Origin: an uncultured bacterium
Lineage (GTDB): Bacteria; Patescibacteriota; JACMRA01
Direction: 5' to 3'
DNA: 64,000 bases
NCBI GenBank assembly: GCA_963704645.1
Contig: OY969926.1
Location: 1,120,001 to 1,184,000, forward strand
The notes under the pieces are model-generated. The model saw only the letters and a list, made by a program, of their open reading frames with translations, did no database searches and was not told where the DNA came from. This document shows positions 29,755-39,916 of this stretch, piece by piece. The stretch's first letter is position 1; every line of letters begins with the position of its first letter. The position numbers and the translations under genes were made by a program.

Positions 29755-31389
29755 CTAGCCTAAAAACCTTTTATTTGGTAATGAGTTTTGAGTAAGATTG
29801 TTCGGATTCAAAGTTGAATTATCAACATTTTGAGAAGAGTTTGGAATATTTGGAGTTGCAATAGTTTCATTTTGATTAGAAACATCTACTACATTTTCGC
29901 CACTTATTACAGCGTCCGCTTCTACATGTTCTATATTTTCGTAAGGCCAAACAGGTTGAGACGAATTATTTTGAACAGGGTTTGAAAATGTAATATCTGG
30001 CAAAACTTCATCTGAAGAGCTAGGTTGTAAATTAGAGGAATTGAATTGAGAAGTTTGATCAAATGAAGTTGGAGAAGTATTAAAACTGCTAGTATTTGAT
30101 GACAGTATTTCATCATTTAACCCCGTCTCTCTTGGGTAATTATCTAAGCTAAATTCATCTTCAGGTTTTTCCAAATTAGAAACAGGAATAGAATTCTGTA
30201 TCAGTTTAGGTTGCTCAGTTTGGCTTAGCATACTTTTAAACTGTCCATCTAGGGTTGGGTTTGCAATATTCGTATTAATAGTTGGCGCGGGCTGTTTATT
30301 GCTTAATAACTTCTGGTTTTTTTGTTTGGCAAAGTTAACAATATTAAGCTTTTCTAAAATCAACATAACAATGTTTATTAATAACAAAACACCAGAAAAA
30401 ATAAGAGCCGGTAAAATTAAATTGAAAGACAAACGAAGCAAATTCCAAGCTAATAAATTAACAATTTCGCTGGTTGCAAAACCTGGTAAAAGTAGCAGGT
30501 TAAGACTGGAACTTAAATAGGCAAAACCACCCGTAACCAATAGCCAAAAAACACATAAACTTAAAGTGCTAGTAGAAATAAACCAAGAAAGTCTACGTAA
30601 ATAAGCCAACATTTTGCGGTTGGAAAACGCCACCAAAGCTAAATTTGCAGCAATTAGAAGAGCAAATACTGCAAAGTAGACTAAGGCTTTGCTTCTAAAA
30701 TCTAGCAACTGATCACGTGCCCAATTCAACCTGCTTAATGTAACTTGATTGGCTCCAGAAATTATAGATTCTGCCCTTACTTGATTACTTAGCGGGGAAA
30801 TTGGGTTATTTTTTAATACATCATCTAAGCTATTAAAACCATTTTGCTGTGCAACACCTAATACTTCAGAAAGCTTTTTTGAACCATCTTTAACCTCAGC
30901 TGGTAAACAAAAAGTTTTGCTGGAATCGTATCCCTCAGTTTTTAATTTAGCTAAATCTTCGGTTGAGCAAGTTTCAATATTTGTGTTACTTTCTTTGGCA
31001 ATTTTACTAGCCTGTTCGTCTATACCCTCCCTTACAACTTTTTCTATATCTGAGGTTGGTAAATAAAAATTTAAAATATTTGAGTCTCCTTGTAGCCACC
31101 TTGTAACGTAATCTATATTAGTTTCTGATACATTTTTAAGCCAATCTGGAGTTACTAGTTTATTTACAATCGGCCCAATTACTAAGTATCCAATGGCCTG
31201 ACTAGAGCCAGGAGTATTTTCATAATTCTTCTTAAGTTGGTCGTTAAGTTTAGAATAAAAGTTTTCTTGGTTTAAAGAATCTTTATGAATACTGGCGTTT
31301 GGCAATGTAAAAGCAATACTAAAAGCCACAATTAATAGTGGTAAAATTGCCACAATAAAACCCTGAAGAAATGTTTGTAATAAACGCAT
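29755..31389 (-). CDS. Hypothetical multi-pass membrane protein with disordered C-tail
   Basis: N-terminal TM, large loop with Cys pair, three TMs, N/S/Q-rich tail. Confidence 0.7.
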   Translation of the reverse strand: MRLLQTFLQGFIVAILPLLIVAFSIAFTLPNASIHKDSLNQENFYSKLNDQLKKNYENTPGSSQAIGYLVIGPIVNKLVTPDWLKNVSETNIDYVTRWLQGDSNILNFYLPTSDIEKVVREGIDEQASKIAKESNTNIETCSTEDLAKLKTEGYDSSKTFCLPAEVKDGSKKLSEVLGVAQQNGFNSLDDVLKNNPISPLSNQVRAESIISGANQVTLSRLNWARDQLLDFRSKALVYFAVFALLIAANLALVAFSNRKMLAYLRRLSWFISTSTLSLCVFWLLVTGGFAYLSSSLNLLLLPGFATSEIVNLLAWNLLRLSFNLILPALIFSGVLLLINIVMLILEKLNIVNFAKQKNQKLLSNKQPAPTINTNIANPTLDGQFKSMLSQTEQPKLIQNSIPVSNLEKPEDEFSLDNYPRETGLNDEILSSNTSSFNTSPTSFDQTSQFNSSNLQPSSSDEVLPDITFSNPVQNNSSQPVWPYENIEHVEADAVISGENVVDVSNQNETIATPNIPNSSQNVDNSTLNPNNLTQNSLPNKRFLG

Positions 31390-31444
31390 GATGTTCTATA
31401 CCTAGTTACACCACTTTGCTTTGTCAAACCAAGGCACTAAAAAT

Positions 31445-32188
31445 CTATAATTTAAAACTATCAAACCCTTCGTATTTGTCAAAAGATAGCAGATATAAAC
31501 TTTTGAGGGTGTTTTTTGAATATTCTTTTAATTCCATTAGCACAGTATTTATACTAGCTCTATCTGAGTTTTCCAATACAGCATCGTCTATTATTATAGG
31601 TAATTTCTCACATAATTTTTTAAAAGCAAATTTATCCCCAGTTACAATTTCATAAAATTTATCAATGGAAACTCTTCTAATTCTATCGTTTCTCATTTGC
31701 CCACTATCAACGCTTATTACCCAAGGCGAGTTTTGGCTTTTTTTGGCTATCACTTCAACTAACATGCAAGTTGCATTAGAATTTTGCAATAGTTTATTTT
31801 GCATAGAAATATAAATTTTTTGCGCAGACCCAGAGTTCATTGTGTTATGCTTATTTTTTATTTCTACAAAGATATTGTCCTTTTCATTCACAATATCAAA
31901 ACCTTTTTTTGGAACAGTCCAGTCTTTTGAAATATACTTGAATATATTTTGATGAAAATAACCAATTAAGTTACTGTTAGTTTTATCTACTTGTCTTATT
32001 ACTTCGTTTTGAATACCTTCTTCTATTGTAATACCATATATTTTTGAATCGAAAGTCATTTTTATTGGATCAACTAAGTTTTTGTTGAACGCCTTTAAAT
32101 TGCTTTCAAATCTATAGCTTTCAACAGTTTCTTTGACGTGCTTGAATATATTTTCATCGGAAATAAAGCCTAAATTATATTTATTCAT
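31445..32188 (-). CDS. Type II restriction endonuclease, Eco47II-like
   Basis: N.VDPIK.TFD, RQVDKTNSN.IGYFHQ, GFD...VEIKNKHNTMNS (PD-(D/E)xK); overlaps the MTase stop. Confidence 0.82.
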   Translation of the reverse strand: MNKYNLGFISDENIFKHVKETVESYRFESNLKAFNKNLVDPIKMTFDSKIYGITIEEGIQNEVIRQVDKTNSNLIGYFHQNIFKYISKDWTVPKKGFDIVNEKDNIFVEIKNKHNTMNSGSAQKIYISMQNKLLQNSNATCMLVEVIAKKSQNSPWVISVDSGQMRNDRIRRVSIDKFYEIVTGDKFAFKKLCEKLPIIIDDAVLENSDRASINTVLMELKEYSKNTLKSLYLLSFDKYEGFDSFKL

Positions 32189-33590
32189 AATTGTGTGTAA
32201 TTAACGGTACTAAAATTTTAACCAACTCTCTAACTATATTTACCCCAAGGGCATTTCCTAGTAATCCCATGCTTTTTATGTAGTTACTGGGTAAAATAAA
32301 TGTGTCTGGGAAACCTTGTATTCTAGCCCCTTCTCTAATTTTTATTTTTCTAAATTTTTTCTTATTATATATTTCTTTAATAAAATAATTTTTTTTATCC
32401 TTAATCTCAGATGGAATGTCAATTTCAGAAATATAGTCTCTAACGCCTGTTTTAGTTAAAGTTGAAAACACATGAGAAGAAGGCAAATAAACTCTATAAA
32501 TACTGTTTATACCTGATGAATTTTTAGAATTTACAAAGTCATATTTTTCACCTCTTTTAATTAAAATATTTTTGGAAACAAGACTATTTAAATTATCAAT
32601 CAAACTTTCTAAGGCGCTTCCTTCTATTTTTAAAATATCTTGTATATTTTGAACACTTAGCGGATTACCGTCTTTATCTCCATATATTTTCCTTCTTCTA
32701 TTTTTTAGGACAGCAAAACAAATTTGTATTTCCTCCTCACTTGTATCAATTAAATCCCAGGAGTGAATGCTATGCTTCCCATTTCTGGTGTCGCAAAATG
32801 TGAAGAAATTTTCATTGTTAACTAAGAAGGATATATTAAACGAATTTTTAAGGTTATTATTGTTTATTACATTTTGGCTGTTAATACTAACAGTATTTTC
32901 GATAACAGAGCTTAAGTTGGGTAATTGTTTATAACTTTCTGGATAGTGGAACTCTTTTTTTATATCTTTAGAAATTCCAACAATAAATATCCTTTCTCTA
33001 CTTTGCGGCAAACCATAATCAAAAGTGTTTAGTACTTTATATTTAACATTGTAACCAATATCTTCAAAAGACTTAATTATTAATTTTAAACTTTCTTTAT
33101 TTCTTGGATCGGCCAAACCTTTTACATTCTCAAATATAAAGGCCTTGGGTTGAGAATGCTCAACAAATTTTATAGTATCAAACCATAAAGCCCCTCTTGG
33201 GTCATCAAACCCTTGTCTTTTTCCAGCAACAGACCAAGACTGACACGGAACCCCGCCCGTTATTATATCAGCTTTTGGTATATCTGAGATTTTAGTTATA
33301 TCGCCTAAAAATATTTCTGAGTCTGTTTTAAAATTTTTTCTATAAACATCAATTGCAGTAGAATCAATTTCAGAAAAAGCAACACATCGCCCACCCATCT
33401 CTTCCAAAGGAATTCTAAAACCTCCAATTCCTGCATAAAGATCAATGAATGTAAAAAGTTTTTGGCTTTCTTTTTTTTCATCTTCTAGATTTCTATCAAG
33501 TTCATAAGTGAAACCCAAAGTATCTTGCTTATAACTCTTTGATTGAATTTTCAGTTTTTCATCTATTTTAGTTTTTACAACACTAGGCAT
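32181..33590 (-). CDS. DNA (cytosine-5)-methyltransferase
   Basis: FIDLYAGIGG, PCQ, ENV, PQSRER, RIQGFP, GNA motifs. Confidence 0.93.
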   Translation of the reverse strand: MPSVVKTKIDEKLKIQSKSYKQDTLGFTYELDRNLEDEKKESQKLFTFIDLYAGIGGFRIPLEEMGGRCVAFSEIDSTAIDVYRKNFKTDSEIFLGDITKISDIPKADIITGGVPCQSWSVAGKRQGFDDPRGALWFDTIKFVEHSQPKAFIFENVKGLADPRNKESLKLIIKSFEDIGYNVKYKVLNTFDYGLPQSRERIFIVGISKDIKKEFHYPESYKQLPNLSSVIENTVSINSQNVINNNNLKNSFNISFLVNNENFFTFCDTRNGKHSIHSWDLIDTSEEEIQICFAVLKNRRRKIYGDKDGNPLSVQNIQDILKIEGSALESLIDNLNSLVSKNILIKRGEKYDFVNSKNSSGINSIYRVYLPSSHVFSTLTKTGVRDYISEIDIPSEIKDKKNYFIKEIYNKKKFRKIKIREGARIQGFPDTFILPSNYIKSMGLLGNALGVNIVRELVKILVPLITHNYE

Positions 33591-33713
33591 AGTTTGTGTT
33601 TATAATTTTAATTTATATGTAGCGATTGAATTTATGTCCAAAAAAAGTATATTCAGAAATTTGGACTTCTTCTTCAATTTGCCATTTACCCTATTATATA
33701 CCACCAATGAAAT

Positions 33714-35825
33714 ATGTTTCAAAAAATGCTGGCTAAAATTTTTAATGTTTCCCCAGAAGTTATAGAATTTATTTCCGACTCAAGACAGAATTTTAAACAA
33801 AGACTTATTGTACTTGCTCCTCTTACAGCTTGGGCAAGTTTTTTCGCCGCTATAAGCCCACTTATTTTGAAGTTAATAATTGATAGTTTAACCAATAATT
33901 GGACTAGCTTTGCAGGAATTCCGCTTGGCTCTGTAGTTTTAGTTTTTACTGTTATAATTATTGGGCTTGGGGTTATTAATTTATTAGATAACATTTTTAA
34001 TTATTTTAAACAGGTTCTACTTTTAAAAATAAATCAGCAAACAGAAACTTTTATTGAAGATAAATTCATGCAGTTTTTAACCAAATTTGATGGAGCATTT
34101 TTGGGCAGCGAAAACAACCTAAGGTTAATTAGAAATTTGCAGTGGAACATTCAACCTACCCAAACAAAAATGTTACAAATTGGGCAAGATACTGTTCAAA
34201 CTATTGTGGGTGTTGCAACCTTAATTTTCATTATTCCTTTAATTCACCCTTTGCTAATAATTTTAATTGTTATTTCTGTTCTTGCTGATTCAGTTTTAGA
34301 CTATTTTCAGAACCAAAGCTGGCGAAGTTACGAGCTTTTAGAAAGCAGGCAAAGCAGCCAAAAAAGTGAATTAAATTGGCGAATTATTTGGCATTTTAAC
34401 AAACTTTTAGAAAACGGTTGGATAGGCCAAATTTTAGATTCATACAGACAAAGAAGAGGTAAGTGGATGAAAACCGCTTTCGCCCAAAAATATAATGACC
34501 AAGTATTTAGTTTATTTATAAATTTTTCTACCAGCTTACTTAGGGTTGGAACTTTATTTATAGCTGGATGGCTATTTTTGAACGGGCAAATTGAAATTGG
34601 AACACTAGTTGTATTCGAGCTTTACATTACCCAGATTAAAAACCAAATGCAAAGTTTTGGGAACATTTTTAGAAATTTAATAGAACTAAGATTCGAACTT
34701 TTTAGATACGATTTTTTAATTCATATTCAGCCAAAACTAGATTACACAATTTCAGAAAAGCCCGTTTTTAAAGAAATTGATAACTTGGTAATTTCCAATC
34801 TTAACTTCACCTACCCTAAATTTTATGAAGAAGAACAGGCATATCTTCAGCAAATGAAACAAAGAATTACAGGCATTAATGACAGTGAAAATCAGAGCAA
34901 AATTTTAGTACATTTAAAAGCTGTAAAGGAAAGTATTAAACTAAATAAAGGTAATAAAAACAACTTTGTTTCTAGGCAAATATTACTTTTCAAAAACTGG
35001 ATAAAGCTGGTAATTTCCAATCATTCTTTGAATATAAGTTTGCGTAAAAACTTGGTTGAAGAGTTAGAAGAATTAGATAAAATGTTTAACGGAACTCAGT
35101 TTCAAAAAACTGTTTTGAATAGCATAAATTTAAACTTGGAAAAAGGTAAGATATACGGAATTGTTGGCGAAAATGGAGCTGGAAAAACTACATTAATGAA
35201 ACTAATAAAACGCTCTATAGATACTACTTCTGGAGATATTTTAATTAGCAGCCAGAATTTGAATGAGAAGTACAAACTAAAAAACATTGATCCACTTTTC
35301 TGGAAAAAATATATTGGAAATATAGATCAAAACAACTTTTTGTGGGAAGCCCTAACCGTGAAAGAAAATTTGTTTTTAGGACTGGAAAAAGATGAGATAG
35401 AAAAAATAACAGATGAAAATATTTATGCAATTTTGAAAGAACTGGAGCTGGATAAAAAAATTGAGAATTTAGATTTAATTATTGGCGAAAATTTGGAGCT
35501 TAGTGGAGGCCAAAAACAACTACTTGAAATAGCCAGAATTGCTTTGCAAAAAAAGCCAATTATTATTTTAGACGAGGCTACAAATCAGCTAGATGCTAAC
35601 AAAGAAGAGCTTGTAGTTAATTTACTGCAAAAACTAAAACAAAACTCTATAATAATTTTTATTACTCACCGTATGACCACAACCAATAAATGCGATGAGA
35701 TTATAATTTTGGAAAATGGAGTTGTTTCGGAGGTTAGTACACCAGCACTACTTCTAAAATCTAAGCAAGCTAACTTATTCAAAACTTTTTGGAACAAGCA
35801 AATTAGTCCAAACTTGAACTTATAA
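33714..35825 (+). CDS. ABC exporter, fused permease/ATPase
   Basis: TM domain; GENGAGKT, LSGGQKQ, ILDEAT, ITHR. Confidence 0.88.
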   Translation: MFQKMLAKIFNVSPEVIEFISDSRQNFKQRLIVLAPLTAWASFFAAISPLILKLIIDSLTNNWTSFAGIPLGSVVLVFTVIIIGLGVINLLDNIFNYFKQVLLLKINQQTETFIEDKFMQFLTKFDGAFLGSENNLRLIRNLQWNIQPTQTKMLQIGQDTVQTIVGVATLIFIIPLIHPLLIILIVISVLADSVLDYFQNQSWRSYELLESRQSSQKSELNWRIIWHFNKLLENGWIGQILDSYRQRRGKWMKTAFAQKYNDQVFSLFINFSTSLLRVGTLFIAGWLFLNGQIEIGTLVVFELYITQIKNQMQSFGNIFRNLIELRFELFRYDFLIHIQPKLDYTISEKPVFKEIDNLVISNLNFTYPKFYEEEQAYLQQMKQRITGINDSENQSKILVHLKAVKESIKLNKGNKNNFVSRQILLFKNWIKLVISNHSLNISLRKNLVEELEELDKMFNGTQFQKTVLNSINLNLEKGKIYGIVGENGAGKTTLMKLIKRSIDTTSGDILISSQNLNEKYKLKNIDPLFWKKYIGNIDQNNFLWEALTVKENLFLGLEKDEIEKITDENIYAILKELELDKKIENLDLIIGENLELSGGQKQLLEIARIALQKKPIIILDEATNQLDANKEELVVNLLQKLKQNSIIIFITHRMTTTNKCDEIIILENGVVSEVSTPALLLKSKQANLFKTFWNKQISPNLNL

Positions 35826-35867
35826 AATCTTGACAATGGAATTATTTTACTAAACCCTAAAACAAGC

Positions 35868-35945
35868 GGGTATGTAGCTCAGCCTGGTTAGAGCACAGAT
35901 CTTATAAGTCTGCGGTCGGTGGTTCAAATCCACCCATACCCACCA
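35868..35945 (+). tRNA. tRNA-Ile (anticodon TAT/UAU)
   Basis: Acceptor GGGTATG/CATACCC, D-arm GCTC/GAGC, anticodon arm CAGAT-CT[TAT]AA-GTCTG, T-arm GGTGG-TTCAAAT-CCACC, discriminator A, encoded CCA. Confidence 0.92.
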
Positions 35946-36040
35946 AACAAATTATTAAATACAAAGCCTTCAGTAAATACACTTAGACAACACTTCCTGA
36001 TTTCTAAATATTTTTTACAATCAAATTAAGCACACACATT

Positions 36041-36355
36041 ATGCCAATCAAACACTTTTTAGATGGTCTTGAAGAAACAATAGCCCGAATTGTAAGCCTT
36101 CTTCTAAGTTTAACCTTCTTCGCACTATACTTCGGAGGCAAAGCTCCAGTTTTTACAGACTGGTACGGTTTAATTGGTGTTTTAGCCTTATTTTGGTTAG
36201 TATACGAATCTGTTTCTTATTTACTGTACATAGTATTTAACTTTTTTTCTGCCAAGAGTGGAAAGGATGATAATTCTAACAGTAAGGTAGATACTAACAA
36301 CTTTGATATGAACCATACAGAAAACGATGGTAATAATTTAGATCAAAACAACTAA
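36041..36355 (+). CDS. Small membrane protein
   Basis: Two hydrophobic helices, D/N-rich tail. Confidence 0.65.
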   Translation: MPIKHFLDGLEETIARIVSLLLSLTFFALYFGGKAPVFTDWYGLIGVLALFWLVYESVSYLLYIVFNFFSAKSGKDDNSNSKVDTNNFDMNHTENDGNNLDQNN

Positions 36356-36447
36356 TTTATAAATTCACTTTTTATTTAGGAATTTAAATCAACCAAATAA
36401 CAATCAAACTACAAATCAAATCATAATCAGAAATTATAATCACTTAT

Positions 36448-36915
36448 ATGAACAAAATATTTTTAATCGGCCGCTTAACTAAAGACGCTGAAATTAGAAC
36501 AACCACAACAGGCAAAAAAATTGCAAGTTTTAGCATTGCTGTAAACGAAGGAAAAGACCAAACCGGACAAGAAATTGTTCAATTCTTCAACCTAAGTGCA
36601 TGGGAAAGACTAGCCGAAATTGTTGAACAATACGTAAAAAAAGGTAGTAAAGTTGCCATTGTAGGAAGTTTAAAAAACCGCTCATGGGATAAACCAGACG
36701 GCACAAAAGGCTATGCCACCGACGTTCTAGTTAAAGAATTAGAAATTCTATCTTCAGCTGGTGACAGACAAGAAGGAGCAGTGCCATCTGACAATTCTTC
36801 ATCTTCAACTAGCTCTAACAATGCAGGAGGAACTGCTGCTGCAGAAAAGATAGCCCCAGAAGCAGAATTACCAGACATCAACATTGATGACATAAACATC
36901 CAAATGCCATTTTAA
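36448..36915 (+). CDS. ssb: Single-stranded DNA-binding protein
   Basis: MNKIFLIGRLTKD, KKGSKVAIVG, acidic tail ending PF. Confidence 0.96.
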   Translation: MNKIFLIGRLTKDAEIRTTTTGKKIASFSIAVNEGKDQTGQEIVQFFNLSAWERLAEIVEQYVKKGSKVAIVGSLKNRSWDKPDGTKGYATDVLVKELEILSSAGDRQEGAVPSDNSSSSTSSNNAGGTAAAEKIAPEAELPDINIDDINIQMPF

Positions 36916-36916
36916 G

Positions 36917-36975
36917 GTAGTGGAGACCTCCTGGTTTCCATAAATTTTAATGCAGAGGCGACCACCGCGTCGCCA
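36917..36975 (+). repeat. Two tandem GTAG/GCAG-type REPs
   Basis: GTAG-TGGAGACC-tcct-GGTTTCCA and GCAGA-GGCGAC-caccgc-GTCGCC. Confidence 0.7.
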
Positions 36976-37071
36976 TTTGTTGAATTACAAACCCTTCGGA
37001 GTTTATTTTTATGACAATAATTAAGACCCTCCGTTTAATGTTGAGGGTCTCAGCGAGAGATTAAAACACTA

Positions 37072-37284
37072 TCAGTTTAAAACTTTATCAGTTCTCACAA
37101 AATTCACACCCTGCCCTTCAAGAGCACTACGAATTTCATAGAATTCGCTAATCTGATCTGTTTCAAACTTTTGACCCTGAGAAAGACTGTCAATGAGATC
37201 GCCCTCTATAGAATCAATCAAGATGTGAGATGGAGCATAGCCAGGTGCAGGATTTTTGTAAGCAGTGTAGTTTACTGTGGTCAT
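37072..37284 (-). CDS. Small orphan protein (70 aa)
   Basis: AGGAG SD before ATG 37284; promoter TTGCTA-18-TATAAT; terminator hairpin 37024-37050. Confidence 0.65.
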   Translation of the reverse strand: MTTVNYTAYKNPAPGYAPSHILIDSIEGDLIDSLSQGQKFETDQISEFYEIRSALEGQGVNFVRTDKVLN

Positions 37285-37592
37285 GAGAAGTACTCCTATA
37301 ATATAAAGAATAATGTACTTAATTACATTATATACACAAAATTTTGCTTCTAGCAAGTATTTCTTTATATAGTGAAACACACCATATGTTTTAATGTATA
37401 TACGACCACCGCGTCATCATTTGTTTGTTTTAATCAAAATTATAGCGGCAAAGTTCACAAGCCACCCACCCCAAGTCTCCAACAAACCTAATAAACGGCA
37501 CAGAAACCCTTAAGGTTTATTTTTGAGCAAGAAAAAAGCCTTTCAAATTGAAAGACTTGGTATAAAAAAATAATTCTAAGAAATAGCGATTC

Positions 37593-37991
37593 CTAAACTT
37601 TGGCACTCTCAGGGATAATTTTTCCGTCAGGGTCTAGTTTAAATACTTGGAAGCCAGATTCTAGTTCAGAACTTAAAAAAGTCAGAGTCCAAATTTTTGA
37701 AAATGAGGGCAATTGCACCACGTAGTCAATAACAATTTGGGAATCTGCAAAAGCGAAACTAATAGATTGTGCTAGATTAGGAAGAAGGTTTACCAACTCC
37801 TGAAAACTTGTGAGTTTGTGCGTGCCAATCTCATTAGGCTCTGGCAAAGCTCTATAAACAACTTCCATTACTGTATTTGTCTCACCAGATATTGGAATAT
37901 CAGAATGAAGACATAGACGCAGATTTGGATTAGATCGAGCAATTTCTCTAGCTTGTTCGTCAGTCAATGCACTTGCAGTAGCACGGGGCAT
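37593..37991 (-). CDS. Orphan protein
   Basis: AAGGTG SD; terminator 37520-37557 similar to 38765-38806. Confidence 0.65.
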   Translation of the reverse strand: MPRATASALTDEQAREIARSNPNLRLCLHSDIPISGETNTVMEVVYRALPEPNEIGTHKLTSFQELVNLLPNLAQSISFAFADSQIVIDYVVQLPSFSKIWTLTFLSSELESGFQVFKLDPDGKIIPESAKV

Positions 37992-38079
37992 AGTTCACCT
38001 TTGTAAAATATACAACATCTCCTTATTAGAAAAGCATTAAATTATATTAATGTCTAATTAAAAACCACACAAATTTCCC

Positions 38080-38724
38080 CTACTCTATAGTCTTAGGGCT
38101 AGGAATTCTTTCCACAATAGCTTGTAATAAACGTTCTACTCCCATTCCTGTTTTTCCGCTAACGTGTAAAATTTGTGACCTATTATAGCCTAAAATTCTT
38201 TCAATTTCTTCACTTCTAGCTGGAATATCGGCGTTGGGTAAATCTATTTTGTTTAAAACTGGAATAATTTTTAAGTCTAATTCCATAGCAGAATACAAAT
38301 TAGCCAAAGTTTGTGCCTGAATCCCCTGAGTTGCATCTACCACCAAAATTGCCCCTTCACAAGCAGCTAAAGACCGAGAAACTTCATAGGCAAAATCTAC
38401 ATGGCCAGGGGTATCAATTAAATTTAAAATAAATTTCTGGTTAACAAAATTTGTAACATCTAACCCAGTTTCCAAATTTCTTAGTTCAATTTCTTCTTTA
38501 GAAAAAGGAGTAGAGCCAGGGTAAATATAATCCATTCTTACGGGTTGCAGCTTAATAGTAATTCCACGCTCTCGTTCTAAATCCATTTTATCTAGGGTTT
38601 GTTCCTTCATATCACGCTTGGTAACGGTTCCTGTAATTTCCATAAGTCTATCGGCTAAAGTGCTTTTACCATGGTCAATATGGGCAATGATGCAAAAGTT
38701 ACGAATATTTTTAAGCTCGGTCAT
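38080..38724 (-). CDS. lepA: Elongation factor 4 (LepA), G-domain only (truncated or split gene)
   Basis: [59 protein letters not shown]; ends after RIPSP at 214 aa versus ~600 aa normally. Confidence 0.88.
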   Translation of the reverse strand: MTELKNIRNFCIIAHIDHGKSTLADRLMEITGTVTKRDMKEQTLDKMDLERERGITIKLQPVRMDYIYPGSTPFSKEEIELRNLETGLDVTNFVNQKFILNLIDTPGHVDFAYEVSRSLAACEGAILVVDATQGIQAQTLANLYSAMELDLKIIPVLNKIDLPNADIPARSEEIERILGYNRSQILHVSGKTGMGVERLLQAIVERIPSPKTIE

Positions 38725-38833
38725 GGTGTTTTTATGATTAATATTTTGATGTTATTTGGGAATATTTTTTTGGGCAAGAAAAAAGCCTTCCAAGTTTGGA
38801 AGGACTGCGATGCGCACATCAATAAAATGCTAC

Positions 38834-39202
38834 TTATCCTAATTTTAGAGCAACTTCCATCAACATCTCAGGTCTAATTTCCATTGTATCTTCACCAGAA
38901 TTACTACCCTCCTCCGCTACAAGGTAGGTGATTTCTCCCTGGACGACAATTGACTTTGCAATTGCATGAATTAACTCATCGCTATCCATTCTGCACAATA
39001 AAATTGGTTGCGAATCAATGACCACGACAACATTGTTTAGTGTAGGCAAGACCTGCCTAACTTTCAAAGCGATTGTGTTGATTGTGTAAGTTTCATCTAG
39101 AAAGGAATCTAACATCAAATCACTAAACAAACGACCACTTAAATCAACTACACATTCCTGGCTCACCAGAGATTGCCAATACCTTAGACTGGAATCACTC
39201 AT
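38834..39202 (-). CDS. Orphan protein
   Basis: 122-aa ORF with downstream terminator 38765-38806. Confidence 0.6.
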   Translation of the reverse strand: MSDSSLRYWQSLVSQECVVDLSGRLFSDLMLDSFLDETYTINTIALKVRQVLPTLNNVVVVIDSQPILLCRMDSDELIHAIAKSIVVQGEITYLVAEEGSNSGEDTMEIRPEMLMEVALKLG

Positions 39203-39254
39203 TGAATACTCACTATAGAAATTGCTTGGACTTTTTATTCAAATCACAATTTTA

Positions 39255-39566
39255 TCAAATAATCAAGCTAGTCACGTTCAACTTTCTAATAACCACCTCA
39301 TCCTCCACCAACCTAAACCTTGGGCCAAAATAATTTAACTCTGGTTTTTCCACATTTTCAGTAAACATTTCCAGCGGCCTTAGGTAAAAATTGACATTTT
39401 CATTTGGCATTTCTTTGGTGTACAAAGCTTGATAAGCTAACATTAATTGGCCTGTTTCTGTATGAAAACCAACCCCAATAATTTTGTAGCAATAATCTAA
39501 AACCCCCTTTTCAGGATTATGCTTAAAATGGTAATAAAACTGACCAGCTTTGGGGTAATTGCTCAT
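39255..39566 (-). CDS. DUF1653-family protein
   Basis: YYHFK...Y.IIG.G.HTET...V/AYQALY...RPLEMF...PRF. Confidence 0.8.
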   Translation of the reverse strand: MSNYPKAGQFYYHFKHNPEKGVLDYCYKIIGVGFHTETGQLMLAYQALYTKEMPNENVNFYLRPLEMFTENVEKPELNYFGPRFRLVEDEVVIRKLNVTSLII

Positions 39567-39619
39567 AAATTAGTTTTAAACCAAAGTTAAGTTTTATACC
39601 CAACATGTCAATTCACAAT

Positions 39620-39643
39620 GTAGGGGCGAACCCCGCGTCGCCC
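39620..39643 (+). repeat. GTAG-type REP
   Basis: GTAG-GGGCGA-accccgcg-TCGCCC. Confidence 0.75.
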
Positions 39644-39916
39644 TTCGCACATTATAATCCAAAATATTCTCTCATAATTACCATTCGGAGGGATTTATCC
39701 TCCTGTGCTGTGGGAATTTACCTACACGTCGTGAATTATAATTTAAGGAAACTCAACCACAAAGAATAAACTTTATACCTCAAAATCACAAGTGTAAACC
39801 ACTTAAAAAACCTTGACCGAAGGCAATTTTAGTGCTTTATTTAAAGTATACATAAGGTTGTAATGGCCTAGTATAAGTTCAAATTTGTTGTTTGGAAATT
39901 TTAAGGAGATTAAGTC

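Noticed and set aside
38080-38082. Stop-codon reassignment or readthrough explaining short lepA
   Set aside because: The sequence after the TAG does not resemble LepA domain II, and TAG/TGA/TAA all terminate otherwise full-length genes here
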